Shown here: positions 11,805 through 24,402 of the stretch, piece by piece | How the letters are laid out: each line of letters opens with the position of its first letter | How positions within the stretch are numbered: the first letter of the stretch is position 1 | NCBI GenBank assembly: GCA_963815095.1 | Contig: CAWFFH010000005.1 | Coordinates: 1-64,000 of the forward strand | DNA: 64,000 nucleotides | Direction: 5' to 3' | Source of the DNA: Candidatus Bathyarchaeota archaeon | GTDB lineage: Archaea; Thermoproteota; Bathyarchaeia; Bathyarchaeales; Bathycorpusculaceae | Position numbers and translations under genes: made by a program | Notes under the pieces: model-generated | Told to the model about the DNA's origin: nothing | The model's input: the letters and a program-made list of their open reading frames with translations, nothing else | Databases searched by the model: none

Positions 11805-12112
11805 ATTATCCCTCTTTTGTTTTCTTTATCTCGTACGATTTTTTCTATCTTTTATGAATTTCTTTTATGTTCCTTTCTTGATTTTGTTAAATGATTTTTG
11901 TTTTCCTCTATAGACTTTGTTTGAGGCAATTTGATTATCGAAGCAAGTACAATATCCTCGAGTTTTTCTGTATTGAAATTGCTTAGTCGCGGTTCTGCTA
12001 AGGAATCCCAAAATCACGAAATCACTTTAATCCTATCATACCTGAACAGACGGAATACACTAAGTCACAAATTGAATAATTAGAAAAACTGTAAAGTCTA
12101 ACCAAAAGGAAT

Positions 12113-12679
12113 TTAGTAAAACCAACGATTAAATTTCAACTTGTAATCTATTTTGTTGGGTCGAGAGCCAACTACTTTAGCTGGCACTCCAGCGACGATA
12201 ACAAACGGTGGTACATCTTTAGTGACTACACTGCCGGCTGCCACAATAGCACCTTCACCTATTGTTACACCTTGCAAAATCATAGAACGGGTGTAAATGT
12301 GTACATTGTCTTTAACTGTAATGGGTTTGTAAACGGCTTCATTTGTTACGAAATCATGTGATCCGGTTTCCATGATAGTTTCACTGGCAATATTTACGTT
12401 ATTACCTATCTTTATCAAACCACGTCCATTAAGTCTGCAGCAAAAGCCAATAATACAGTTATTACCAACGGTAATCCCGCTTAAACTTTGCAGAAAGCAT
12501 TTTCTAAAAATATTTGTGTTTCTTCCAACTTTCATGCCGTTCTTCCTATAGAAAGCGAGTCTAACGGAATTTGAAAAGATTAGTTGCACAAATTCATTTA
12601 TTACGATGACTTCCCAAAGAATTGAGAATCCGATACGAGCAAGACCTAATCGAGATAATTTCACAGTTTTGTTCCTCAT
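12113..12679 (-). CDS. Hexapeptide-repeat (LbH) O-acyltransferase, maltose/galactoside acetyltransferase-like
   Basis: GVTIGEGAIVAAGSVVTKDVPPFVIVAGVPAKV signature. Confidence 0.9.
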   Translation of the reverse strand: MRNKTVKLSRLGLARIGFSILWEVIVINEFVQLIFSNSVRLAFYRKNGMKVGRNTNIFRKCFLQSLSGITVGNNCIIGFCCRLNGRGLIKIGNNVNIASETIMETGSHDFVTNEAVYKPITVKDNVHIYTRSMILQGVTIGEGAIVAAGSVVTKDVPPFVIVAGVPAKVVGSRPNKIDYKLKFNRWFY

Positions 12680-13203
12680 AAAGTGCCCGCCATGAAATGG
12701 TAAAACATGAATAAGCACTTATTAAATCTACATATTATAATGGCGAGTTGACAAGATGTTGGCTAAATAGCTAAGAAGCTATCGTAAAAGGTAACACATG
12801 AATACTTGCCTGCTCTTTGATTGATATCCTAATATTATTTATTTGTAGAGTTTGTTCTAACTGTAGGTTTTATAAACCAATTACATAGTAGTTCTGCCAT
12901 AAATGAAACAGTTTTCAATAAGAGATCTATTTGTTACAGCTTTCTATAGGAGCTCTCATCGATGGCTCTTCATTCTTTTAATGATTATGACATTGAGATA
13001 ATCATCTGGAAAACTGAGGAATAATAATTTTGTAACCCTGTTATCCTACTAGACTGGTTTCAATTTGTCTTTTTAAAGTCTGACAACTCTCCATTAAACA
13101 TTTATTAATAGAATAGCATTACTGAGGATAAATAGTAAAATTTGGATTTCATAAGAGACAAGAAAAAATGAAAACAGAACACGTAGGTTTTGAGTGAGAT
13201 TAC

Positions 13204-15737
13204 TTGTTCCCGGTTGATCAACTTATTATCCTTACTATTCTATCGTTTGTAGGGGACCCGTTAAGACGGCTGATTTCCAATCGTCTCTCAGCGCTTGGGA
13301 CATTGGACTTATTTCAGATTGTTATCTTTGATTTCTATATGGGAGGGTTCATTTTTTTCATCCTTGCCTCAATACCCCTGGGTTTGTTCACGCCTACTAT
13401 AACGTTTCTTGTTATCGGCGTTTTTTTTGTTGTTTCACTTTTTTTTCTTATTAGAACTTTCATTTTAAAGCTAAAAAATCTACAGCGTAATTTTTCAAAA
13501 GTAGTTTGCCAGGCTGTTAACAAGAAGACGGTTGTCTTTTTTGGAATTGGACTAATTATTATGTTTATTGTCATTTTGTGGATTGAAGCTGATGCAACTT
13601 CCGGGATCCTCTTTGGAAATGTTCATGATGCTTCTCTTTTCTCGATGCTTTCAACGGTAATTTCTCAAAATCGAATGATTCCAGCAACTCTGAGTCCATT
13701 TGAGTCTTCTGGAATAATATATCCCCAAGGATTCACCGTAATACTAACATTCGCATCCTATATCTTAAATTCGGGACCTGAGAACCTGATTCTTGTATTA
13801 GTGCCAATTTTTCAGGCCCTCACAATTCTTGGTGCATATTTTTTTGGCAAAATGTTGTCAGGCAAAATGAGCTATGGTTTTATTTTTGCATTCATTTTTG
13901 CGTTTGTTTCTCGTTGCCCAAACTCTTAGTTTGGGGTAGTTTTGCCTATGTAGCGGCTTTTCCACTTTTCCTAATTGTTTTGAGTCTTGTTTTCTTTATA
14001 TCAAGACCACACAACCAGACAAGAAGAAGCTACCTAACGACACTTATTTTCTTGGGGCTTCTTATTGGCTACCTCGGTGCGATACATATGGTCTTTTATG
14101 AAGTAATAATAGCAGCAATGTTTCTTTTTTTTGTTGGCAAGTTAATTCGTAGAAGACAACAGGCGATCCGTGAATTCTTTAGCTTCATTATTATGTTTAT
14201 TTTTAGTTTAATTCCAATTAGTCTGTTTCTTTTTCGTTTTGTTCTTTCTGCATCGGTTCCTGGGCAAAATGTAGGCTTACCAAATGATATAATTGCGCCA
14301 CAACTCTTCTCCATTCGTGAGAATTTCAATTTTTTCATTGAGAGTTACTTTAGGTCGGATTGGATAAGCCCATATCCTATTCTCATGGTTGCCATTGAAA
14401 TTTTGATTGTTTTATCAATTGTATTACTTATCATTGGATGGAAATTTGGCTGGATGTCCAAATCAAACGAAATTATCAAAATAACTCTTTGCTCAATTCT
14501 CGGTTCAAGTGTTGTTATCTTAATTGGTTCGAGAGAACTTGGTTTGACTTTTTTAGTGTCGGCTATCAACATTTCTGAAACTTCGATCGTTTTATTTATT
14601 TCTCTCTTATTCTTAGTTTGCATAGTTATAGCGAAACTTTACGAAAGGATTTTTGAGCATCTGAAAAATAGATTCTCAAGAATAGCTTCCTTTGGAATAA
14701 TTGTTTTGCTTTTCTTCTCAATTTTTTCACCTTTTATCTACTATACAATCTCCTCTGACGAACAGTACTGCAGGGGAACGTATAATTTTCTTTCCGTTGC
14801 TACTGCCGACGACTATGCAGTCATGCAAAGTATGCAAAACAAATTACCTAGTAATTCAATAATCCTCATAAACCCTGATGATGCTGGAGGTTTCATACCC
14901 ACAATTGCTGGATATAAGGTAGTTCTACCTTTTACGGGAAGCAGGAGTTCTATTTCATATGGCAACCTTTGCAATCTCATTCTCGATGGGAATTTGAACA
15001 AAACTGCATATGATTTGATGCAGTTTTTCAATATAACTCATGTCTTCATAGGTTCCAGAGCAACTGCTTATAATGGACCTAGTGCTTGGAATCCATTGTT
15101 ATTTCTAGGAAATCCACATTTTAAGCTCCTTTACAATGTGGGCGGTTCATATCTGTTTGCTTTTGTCCCTGAAAATAACAACTTAGCTTTTTTCGACAGC
15201 TTTGAAAACCCAGATTTATCCTATGAAGGTTGGAAAGTTGTGTCTTCACCATCAGTGGAAGGAACTTTCAACATTTCGCTCTCTTCCGACCCATTTTACA
15301 ACTTTGATGGCAACTATAGTCTGAAATTGGACGATTTAGCTAATTCAAACTACGTGTCGTTAAATTGGTTTCAAAGGGAAATCTATTTGCCAACTACTCA
15401 AAATTCAAACTGCAGTCTTAGTTTTTACATTAGTTCTCCAACAGCCTTCAAAGATTTTGAAGGATTAACTTTCATCATATCAGATCAAAATTTTTCACGT
15501 CAACTTTTCATTTCCACATGGCTTAGAAGTGATGCTTTTGAATTTCAACCGTTTCATGTTTCCGAAGAAACCCTTCGGTTAAAATCTCCTGGTTTCTATG
15601 ACTTTAATTTATCTTCGTTATGGTTAGCAAAATTTAATGCTTCTCTACCTAACAGCATTCTCCTTCAAGTGGAGTTATATAACTCAGATGGAAAAGCAGA
15701 GGCATTCTATATTGACGCTGTTGGTATTAGTTACTGA
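13204..15737 (+). CDS. Large multi-TM membrane protein with extracellular C-terminal domain (GT-C-like), frameshifted near 13915
   Basis: Many TMs, NVHDASLF and IIYPQGF loop motifs, and FNITHVFIG. ORFs 13204..13929 and 13914..15737 overlap in different frames. Confidence 0.65.
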
Positions 15738-16219
15738 AGGTGAACCATTTGAAATGGCTAAAAGTCGTCATTAAAATAAATTGCCATATTGTAATTAAAA
15801 TGCAGGATTCATCGTTAACGGATAGAGTTGCAATTGCTTTTACTGGTGTTGCAAAAGTAAAAATGTTTTTATTGAAAACTATAGCTAACGTGGTATCGAA
15901 ATGATAGACTATTAGAACATCTTGAAACGGAGATTTTATCTGAAAAACCATCGAGCCTTCGTTACTTAATGATTTTTTTAGTTAGCCTTTTTATATTATT
16001 CCCCTCAAGAACATTTTTTACAAGCGATTTTCAGATCTATTTTAAACTGTTGAAATGGCTATAGCCAAAAAAGTCTATAAAGAAAATGGAAATAATCCAA
16101 GATATTTTGTCATATTTCGCAATAGACTCCTGAGTATCAAACATTTATTATTTGAATATTAGTCTTCTTATGTCAAGTGAATTAACACTATCTCAATTGG
16201 AGAGAGATCAAAAACAGCC

Positions 16220-17323
16220 ATGAAAATTGTTCATGTTTCAGCCCGATATTTTCCAAGTATGGGCGGCGTAGAAATCTTCACAAAAGAGTTATGTGAAAAG
16301 CTTTCTAAAAAAGGATTTGAAACAGTAGTGTATACCTTGGATTTAGGCAATAACGTCCATTCGAGAGAGTCCATAAATGGCGTTTTGGTTAAAAGATATC
16401 GCGCTGTTTTGGGAGACCCATTTTTCTTACCTCCTTTAATGTTCCTTAGGGATCTGAGAAAAGAATATCCTGCAATTCTTCATGTACATAATCTTCAAAA
16501 TTTGTTTCCCATCTTTGTATCTTTAACCAAGAAGCCAAAACAACTTTTTGTATTGCAGCCTCATTACCACCGCTACGGACAAACAATACCCCGGCATTTA
16601 CTTTTGACTTTTTACAAGCTATTTATTCCTGAACTAATTCTGAAAAGAGCTCAAATCATTATTGCCAATACAAACTTCGAGGAAAGAATGCTGAAGAAAG
16701 ATTTCTCAAATAGTGGAAACATTCTAACGATTCAAGAGGGGCTGCCTTTGCATGAGCTAAGAATTGTCAAATGGTCCCCTGAATTTCCAGAAAGAATTTT
16801 GTATATAGGTGCATTAAAAAAATACAAGAAAGTGGACATTCTTCTCAAGGCTTTCAAAATTGTTTTAGACCATGAAAAAAAGCTTCTCAAATTGGTAATC
16901 GTGGGCGACGGTCCAGAAAAGTCAAATTTGATGAAATTGTCAATTGAACTTGGGATATCTGAATTCGTCGAGTGGAAGGTAAATTTAGACAGACAGCAAT
17001 TACTTTCAGAGTATTCTAAAGCAAGGGTTTTTGTTTTGCTTTCTCTTCTTGAGAGTTTTAGTAGAGTTGTGAATGAAGCTGTAGTTATTGGAGTCCCAAC
17101 GGTTGTGTTAAGGAGCGAAGTTTTCTCGGATTTAATTAATAAGGGTTTAGTTGAAGTTGCACTCTCAGAACGACCTGATAGTGTGGCTGAAGCAATCTTT
17201 AGAGCGAAGAGAAAAGTTTTAAGCCATAATGAAAAGGAGAACCTTTGTTTGAATGGCAAACAAGAATATTCTGATAGAATTGCTTCTCTTTATCGTTCAT
17301 TAGTAAGTAGATATAGCAGGTGA
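16220..17323 (+). CDS. Glycosyltransferase family 4
   Basis: MKIVHVSARYFPSMGGVE, LVIVGDGPEK and ESFSRVVNEA motifs. Confidence 0.9.
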   Translation: MKIVHVSARYFPSMGGVEIFTKELCEKLSKKGFETVVYTLDLGNNVHSRESINGVLVKRYRAVLGDPFFLPPLMFLRDLRKEYPAILHVHNLQNLFPIFVSLTKKPKQLFVLQPHYHRYGQTIPRHLLLTFYKLFIPELILKRAQIIIANTNFEERMLKKDFSNSGNILTIQEGLPLHELRIVKWSPEFPERILYIGALKKYKKVDILLKAFKIVLDHEKKLLKLVIVGDGPEKSNLMKLSIELGISEFVEWKVNLDRQQLLSEYSKARVFVLLSLLESFSRVVNEAVVIGVPTVVLRSEVFSDLINKGLVEVALSERPDSVAEAIFRAKRKVLSHNEKENLCLNGKQEYSDRIASLYRSLVSRYSR

Positions 17324-17846
17324 GGTGCTATGGTTTTTTTGCTTCCCTAAATATTTTCTTAATACGATAGAAACTACCAGAATGTTCTCCATGTAGAGAA
17401 TAAAATAGCGATAATAATCAAAATTATTAACAATATTTTCGGATTTTTGGGTTTTTAACCCCCATCTTAGCACCTATCCAACAAAGAGGCAAGTTAGAAT
17501 TGCATATCTGCACATATTAGAGGCTATGGAGTAAAATAATATCGTTGCCAAAATAGCCGAAGAAAAAACCCAATATTTCAAATAAAGACGCTCAGAATTG
17601 GGGCCTAAAAAAACCACTAATTGTTATTTTCTCAGAAAATATGAACCATCCAAAGGGAATAAACAACCGAACAAGTGACTATTAAGAGACTTTATGATTA
17701 ATTAAATACATCAATTTTAAAATAAGCAATTTATCAATAAATAGATTACATTTTTACCATTGATTTGCAAGTTCAAGAATCTGGATATGCAGTTCTCATG
17801 CAATACATGAAAAAGCTAAAAAGCTTCTAATCCTAATAGAAAAGAC

Positions 17847-19003
17847 ATGGAAAACCGACCACCTAATCCCGCTGAATCAAAAAGAATTATTTTAATTGAA
17901 GCGGGTCACAGGTGTAGCTCGATTGTGAGAAGCAAAAAGACATATTATTTTTTAGTAGCAGTTATACTGATTGTTTCTTTCAGTATTAGATATGCGAGTA
18001 TCAATTCGCCTCAATATGTAGATGAAAATACTTATTTGACCCTCGCCAATTCTTTGAAGAATGGGCATCTCGCAGCTCAAAGTAGCTATTGGACAGTTTA
18101 TAATTCTACAGGAGCGACTCTTATTTGGGGTAACCATGGACCAACAGTTGAGCCTTGGTTTGACCATCCACCCTTTTTCGCTATTCTGGATATCCCCTTT
18201 CTCATTTTGGGTTTTCCAAGGCTTCTGCCAATTATACTATAGGTACCCTTTCTACAGTTCTAATAATGTATTTATTAAGAAATAAACCGGCAGAATCCAT
18301 AATCGGTGGGCTTATTTTTGCAGTTTTTCCCTTTGCGATACAGTTTAACTCTATGATGTTTATTGACAACGGCGCTATTTTTTTTCTTTTATTGACTATT
18401 TCATTGACATCAATGTTTGAAGAGAAAAAACAAGAAAGAATATTAGTTATCGCTGGTATCTCAGCTGGTCTTTCATTTCTAAGCAAAGAAATGGGTATTT
18501 TTGCAATTCTATATTTTCTGTTATACTTGCTATTTAGTCATGGTCTCAAGAGATATTATAAGTGGCTAATTTTAACAATTGGAATAGCTCTCTCTTGGTT
18601 CGTATTTAGTCTGATCATAGATAACAAACTGTTTCTTGCAGTCATAAGCGCTCAAATTGGAAAAACGAATGGAGATATTAACATTCAATACATGTTTACT
18701 ACGGCGGTAAGCAACTTTACCTATAATTTTGACGCGTTTTATGTAGGAAGTGTCAACTCTATTCTCATTCTATCATGGGTTGCAATAGGTAGTTTTGCCT
18801 TTGGAAAAACGCACAAATTAGTTAAGCTTGGTCTTTTGAGCCTGATAACTACTTTGGCGGTTCTGAGATATGCTTGGTTTTATACATGGATTGCAATTTA
18901 CCCATTTTTCGCTATCGCTATAGCATATTGCGTTTACGAAATCGCTATTTATGCAAAAAATAGTTGGGATAACTTCAATCGCTTAAGAAGGTCTGGTGGA
19001 TAA
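17847..19003 (+). CDS. ArnT/PMT-like (GT39/GT83, GT-C) membrane glycosyltransferase, frameshifted near 18240
   Basis: YVDENTY and WFDHPPF motifs in the first ORF. GLSFLSKEMG and multiple TMs in the second. Confidence 0.8.
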
Positions 19004-19579
19004 TGCGGGTCTGATTGAAAAGGAGACATAACTCATAAAAGAGATTACCTAAAGTGTACATTAAACACGGGAATAGAGAAAACGGTACGATAGCTGTTAA
19101 GTGCGATAGTAGCGTAAGCTCTTACGTCTCATCGACTGAAAAGGTTTATGATAGGAGGTTGACGTTTCATGAGAGGCCCATTACCGGGCACCGATGCTCT
19201 GGATCCGACGATTATTAACCCTATTACTGCCGGAAGAGAAAACAACCATTCTTTGAAATTAGTCCATTAAAAAGACCTTTCCATAAATAAAGTTAAACCA
19301 ATGACTATTTTTTCAGGAACTGATTTTTCGCAAATCACCAATGCATCCAACTGACCAAGATTTGAATCCAGATTTATGGTTTAGTCTGCATGCAATTGAC
19401 TTATAGATTATAAAAAAAGTTCAGTTACCAATTTTAGCTTCAGTTTAGGGTTTGGAAGAAACCCAAGAACTACTTATGCTAAATTCTGTTATCTTTCTAA
19501 TCAATAAAAATTCTTCGCGATAACAAACTTTTGCTCTTTTTATTTCAGAATATATCCATTATTAAAGATTAATAACTCT

Positions 19580-20497
19580 TCAAGATTCTAAATTGATAGT
19601 TCTTTTTGTTGAGGCTGAAATACTCCATACTGAATGTGACTTGCCACGGGCAGAATCTAACATAACAACTGAATTCAAGATAAGTTCAATCCAAATAAAA
19701 GTTAGGAGAACTAAAATGTTATATTCAGTAAACAGCGAGTAGAATAGGCTCTTTTTTCTTTTTAAATCTAAGCGGATCAATGGAACAAAATATTGAGGCG
19801 TTTGTCCTGTTAGTTTCTTAACTTGATGATGTCCGAATATTACTCTTCTTCTCTGTTTAAAATAATCGTTTAAAGTTTCGGGTCCACGAATCGAGACACG
19901 CGACTGGGGTTCATATAATATCATCCAACCTTTATTCGCGACTGTGAGAGCAATGTAAGCGTCATCATTTACGGTTCCTGTTGGAATTGAATCAACAATG
20001 CCTCTACGAACACAATATACTTCGCTTGCATGTCTTGCAAGGCCAGCCTCGTTTACTTCCCTGAAAACTTGATCGTGAAAACTCCATAAGATATGCACTA
20101 ATTTACCCGCCAAAGATTTCGAATTGTTTGTCGGCAAAGGATAAGCACAAACGAGTCCTGCGTTTGGAACTTCAATTTTGGAAATTAAATGAGCAAAGCA
20201 ATCAACGTTAGGCAAAGTATCTGCCGAAATGAAAATAATAGCATCTCCAATTGCTTTCTTCAAAATTTGATTTATTGCCGAGGCTTTTCCTGCTCTTTTA
20301 GCCTCTATGAGTATTTTCACTACTACATTTTTTTCAGCGTACTGCTGAACTATTTCTACGGTGTCGTCAGTACAGCCCGAACAAACTACTAAAACCTCAG
20401 ATCCTGCAGGAAGATTCTGTTTATATAGTATGTTGTTAAGGAGTGGTCCAATATTTGTGCCCTCGTTATATGCACATATTCCGACTGTGACCCGCAT
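19580..20497 (-). CDS. Glycosyltransferase family 2 (processive-like)
   Basis: VGICAYNE, GKASAIN, ISADT, VNDD and KQRRR motifs. Confidence 0.88.
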   Translation of the reverse strand: MRVTVGICAYNEGTNIGPLLNNILYKQNLPAGSEVLVVCSGCTDDTVEIVQQYAEKNVVVKILIEAKRAGKASAINQILKKAIGDAIIFISADTLPNVDCFAHLISKIEVPNAGLVCAYPLPTNNSKSLAGKLVHILWSFHDQVFREVNEAGLARHASEVYCVRRGIVDSIPTGTVNDDAYIALTVANKGWMILYEPQSRVSIRGPETLNDYFKQRRRVIFGHHQVKKLTGQTPQYFVPLIRLDLKRKKSLFYSLFTEYNILVLLTFIWIELILNSVVMLDSARGKSHSVWSISASTKRTINLES

Positions 20498-20883
20498 AGA
20501 AAACTTGAACCTAATTATAGTGTTTCGTTGTCCCAATTAAGCTTTGAGTTAACCATTGAGTTATTATTCATTTTCTACAGTTTGGCGATATGTGAGGTCA
20601 ATTTCAATTGGTTTTTTTATTTGATACATGGTATCTATTTCCTTCTTTTTTATCTCGTTCGGATGAATAAAGTCTGAACAACAACATTACTTTAAAAATG
20701 TTTTGAGTTCTATGTTGTACTAAAAATTCTTTCTGCAGTATCTTTATTGTAATTAAAGTAATAGATTATACAAACCGGAATTGATTCTTTAAAAAAAGGA
20801 ATCCACTAAATCGCATGCAATTTCCTTTTTAAGGAAGAAGAGCAATAAGAAAGATAATTGTAGAAAAGGGTGAACACCCGTTT

Positions 20884-21732
20884 ATGTCTGATTCGCGTGC
20901 AATGAAGGAATTTTGGAACAAAACAGCTCGAAAATTTGGTGAAACAGAGAATTACGCCCCTGTTCTTATGCCTAGTTCGAAGGGTTTGCTTAATTGGTAC
21001 ACTGATTTTCTTCAAAATCGTGCTTTGAAAGAACATTTAGAGGTTCTTTCAGGAAAGTTCGTTTTGGATGTAGGTTGCGGCGTCGGTAGATGGAGTCCTA
21101 GATTAGCAGCCAATGGTTCATCTGTAGTTGGCGTGGACTTATCGCGGGAAATGATTAAACGAGCCAAATCAAGGCTAAGAAAACGGAAATTATCGGGCGA
21201 TTTTGTTGTTGCAAGCGTCGAAAAGCTTCCGTTTGTACCAAATTTATTCGATGCCATATTGAGTGTTACCGTTTTGCAACACAATGTGGTGAAATCTTCA
21301 TTTGATTCGGCTGTATCAGAACTTTTGCGCATTACAAGGATTGAAGGGTGCATTGTTTTATTGGAATATACTTATGATTCTAGTGGAAATTACAGTTTGC
21401 ATTTCCCAACTGTGGCTTACAATTATAAAGAGGCCTTTACAAGCAGTGGAAAATTAAATTTAACAGACATACAGGGTGTCGATTTGTCCTTGTTCCTTAA
21501 GCCTTTTAACCGCATGGTTAAGAATCGTGGAAAATATAAAGAAAATATTGAAACTAACAAGCCTTCATCGAAGTACCGTTTGTTGGCTTCGTCTTTCTAT
21601 TTCTTTCCTAGCGCCGCATGTCTGCTTTCGTTGCCTTTAGATTTGCCTTTAAGAAATGTGCTGAAAAAGTACTCAGAACACACAATTTTTATTTTTAATG
21701 CAAGCAAGAATTTAAAGGTGAAGAGGAGTTAA
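20884..21732 (+). CDS. Class I SAM-dependent methyltransferase
   Basis: VLDVGCGVGR motif I, VGVDLSREMI and FDAILSVTVLQH. Confidence 0.9.
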   Translation: MSDSRAMKEFWNKTARKFGETENYAPVLMPSSKGLLNWYTDFLQNRALKEHLEVLSGKFVLDVGCGVGRWSPRLAANGSSVVGVDLSREMIKRAKSRLRKRKLSGDFVVASVEKLPFVPNLFDAILSVTVLQHNVVKSSFDSAVSELLRITRIEGCIVLLEYTYDSSGNYSLHFPTVAYNYKEAFTSSGKLNLTDIQGVDLSLFLKPFNRMVKNRGKYKENIETNKPSSKYRLLASSFYFFPSAACLLSLPLDLPLRNVLKKYSEHTIFIFNASKNLKVKRS

Positions 21733-21765
21733 AATAGAGATCTTTTATAAAAATAGGAGTTCAAA

Positions 21766-22506
21766 ATGATTAATCAGTTAGAAGGTAACTTGTCTTATAG
21801 AGCTCAAGTTGGCGTTTTGCTAGCTACTTATTGTGAGTCTTCAAATATTGAACGTTTAGTCACAGAGATAGAAAGTCTGAGGTTGGATTCTCAGATTCTT
21901 ATTATGGATGATAATAGTCCTGATGGAACTGCTGAACTTGTTAGATCTTTACAGAAAAAATATCCAGATATTTTGCTTTTCGTTAGACCGGGAAAATACG
22001 GTTTAGGTACTGCTATTACTGACGGCTTTAAAATATTTTTATCAACAAAAAACCCTCCAAAAAAAATCGTAGTTATGGATGCTGATTACTCGCACGACCC
22101 GCAAAATATACCCTCACTTTTGTCAAATTTGAACTTTGATGATGGTCTGGTGATTGGTAGCAGATATTGTAAGGGAGGCAGAATTGTTGGTTGGCCTCTC
22201 ACTAGAAGGATAATCAGTCGCGTGGCAAATACTGTAGCTATTTCTCTGATTCGTTTAAAACTTAAGGACTGCACAAGCGGTTTTCGTTGTTATTCCACTG
22301 AGTTCTTAAAGGGGGCAATAGATAATCTGCATTCTACTACATACGAAATTCAGATTGAAACTGCAAAACAGGCTCGTATGCAAGGGTTCGGAATCAAAGA
22401 AGTTCCCATTCTTTTTGTCAATAGAAAACGAGGAAAATCTAAAATGTCTACCAAGGAAATTAGGGGATTTTTCTACTACATCTTCAAAGCAATAAGTGCG
22501 AAGTAG
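21766..22506 (+). CDS. Polyprenol-monophosphomannose synthase (DPM1-like GT2)
   Basis: DDNSPDGT, GLGTA, MDADYSHDP, GSRY and DCTSGFR motifs. Confidence 0.9.
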   Translation: MINQLEGNLSYRAQVGVLLATYCESSNIERLVTEIESLRLDSQILIMDDNSPDGTAELVRSLQKKYPDILLFVRPGKYGLGTAITDGFKIFLSTKNPPKKIVVMDADYSHDPQNIPSLLSNLNFDDGLVIGSRYCKGGRIVGWPLTRRIISRVANTVAISLIRLKLKDCTSGFRCYSTEFLKGAIDNLHSTTYEIQIETAKQARMQGFGIKEVPILFVNRKRGKSKMSTKEIRGFFYYIFKAISAK

Positions 22507-22733
22507 CTAATTTATCTACTAAACTGTGATGTCGCAGTATGAAGAGGCTTATATCGAGCTATCCTGATTTGATGATTATGAACAAGAGCGCGCATACAAC
22601 CATCAGATTCTTGGTATTGGTGAGTTGCTTAGGAGAATAGGAGTCTTTGGTACGTACAACCGTCGATGCCCTGTATCTTTGAAAGAGTCAATCATAGTAG
22701 CGAAATCACACTTTACTCTTCGAGGGCGATATT

Positions 22734-24281
22734 ATGATTAACAATTTAGCAAAATTACTAACTCTGCTCAGAAAGTACTGTTATGTTATAGCGGCGTTCT
22801 TTATTCCGTTGATAATCAGGAGTATACCTGAGCTTCTATCGTGGCCTTATCCTTTGGGGCTTGATACATTAAGTTTTATGCCGCTAATTCAGCATGGTTA
22901 TGTATTCTCTCTAGGTCCTGTAGGGTTTTTGCAATATACAAATTTGTTTTTTTTGGTTTCAACGTTGCTTTACGGCTTGATTCCTAATGTAATTGTAGTT
23001 TTGAAGATTTTGGGACCTGTTTTGCTGGCTGTTTTGTCTTTAACTATGTATCTTTACGCTCGGAAGGGACTTTGTTGGAACAACCGAAAAGCCCTCTTTG
23101 TTTCTATTTTGGTGGCTATATATTTTGTTTCTTTACGTGATTCTTGGGATTTGTATAGGCAAATGCTTGGACTTGCATTTTTGATGGCTACACTCATCTC
23201 ATTTAAGTCGATTAATTCGCCTCAAAAGTATTATGCTGCTTCTTTTTTCATGGCTTTTACTGTTATTAGTCATGAGTTTGAGTCTGTAATATTGTTCGTT
23301 ATAGTGGCGATAGAGGCTGTACGTTTTTTGAAAAAAAGACTTAAGAAAGATTCGGTTTATATGTTGGCTTCGGCTGCTTTACCCGCCGCTCTGTTCATAT
23401 TTCAAAGATACTCGCCGCAGCAAGGTACCCTAACCATCCCTCAAAATTTTACTGCTTCAGGACCCTCTGTCAATTTAGCATTGTACATGGCAGGATTGCT
23501 AATTTATTGCTATGCCATTATTTTCCCATTAGTTTTTCTTGGCGTAAAAGGACTAAAAGACCGGTTTCTGAAATATTGGGTTTTGTTATGCATAATTATT
23601 GTGCTAATAGAGATGTTTTACCCTAATGCACCATTTTACTATTGGAATCGTTGGGTTCTTCTACTTGTTTATCCACTCCTATTTTTTACAGTTCAAGGGA
23701 TAGAAAGGCTTTGGCGTTTCGCCCGAGACTCAAAACGGAAAGTCAAACGCTTGATACCTAAGATTTTCGCCATAATCTACTGTATTTCACTTTTAGTGCT
23801 TTCTGGATATTATTTGTCCACAACCCCGGAAAACGCGTTCCCATATTTCTCCCAATATAACCCGTATTTAGCTGAGATTCCCTCGTCTATGCTTCAGAAT
23901 ACTGTGTCAATTAATGACAATCCAGACTTGGTTTCATGCTTCGATTGGTTAAATAATAATACTGATTCTAGCTCCGTTGTCGTGTTGCATTACGCATTGT
24001 ATTATTTGGGTGTTATTTACATGCCGAGTAGCATTATAGTGTCTGTTGATCAGAATCAATCTATGTATGCGAACATCCAGAATGGAACGATACTTGCAGA
24101 TCAAATGTTATCAACATCTAATGAATATTCAGCAGGGGGTCACAGAGTGTACACCGTTTGGTGGATCAGCGGGGACGGATGGTACGGAATTCGAAGTCTT
24201 CCATCAGACTTTAAGGAAGTTTACCTGTCAGGAAAAATGGCTGTGTACTCATACAGTCCCGGAACTTTAATCCACGGGTAG
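22734..24281 (+). CDS. Multi-TM membrane protein (GT-C-like)
   Basis: About 12 TMs, YPLGLDT and SWDLYRQMLG loops, located in a glycosylation cluster. Confidence 0.6.
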   Translation: MINNLAKLLTLLRKYCYVIAAFFIPLIIRSIPELLSWPYPLGLDTLSFMPLIQHGYVFSLGPVGFLQYTNLFFLVSTLLYGLIPNVIVVLKILGPVLLAVLSLTMYLYARKGLCWNNRKALFVSILVAIYFVSLRDSWDLYRQMLGLAFLMATLISFKSINSPQKYYAASFFMAFTVISHEFESVILFVIVAIEAVRFLKKRLKKDSVYMLASAALPAALFIFQRYSPQQGTLTIPQNFTASGPSVNLALYMAGLLIYCYAIIFPLVFLGVKGLKDRFLKYWVLLCIIIVLIEMFYPNAPFYYWNRWVLLLVYPLLFFTVQGIERLWRFARDSKRKVKRLIPKIFAIIYCISLLVLSGYYLSTTPENAFPYFSQYNPYLAEIPSSMLQNTVSINDNPDLVSCFDWLNNNTDSSSVVVLHYALYYLGVIYMPSSIIVSVDQNQSMYANIQNGTILADQMLSTSNEYSAGGHRVYTVWWISGDGWYGIRSLPSDFKEVYLSGKMAVYSYSPGTLIHG

Positions 24282-24402
24282 TTTTGATGGAAACTTGCGC
24301 TCTTGGACCCAGTTTTGTAACAATTTTTGCGGCGATAAACTTTAATGCCATCGGCAAGTCTCATGTACTTTGAAGATCGTTTGGTGTTGAAGTGGGTTAA
24401 AC

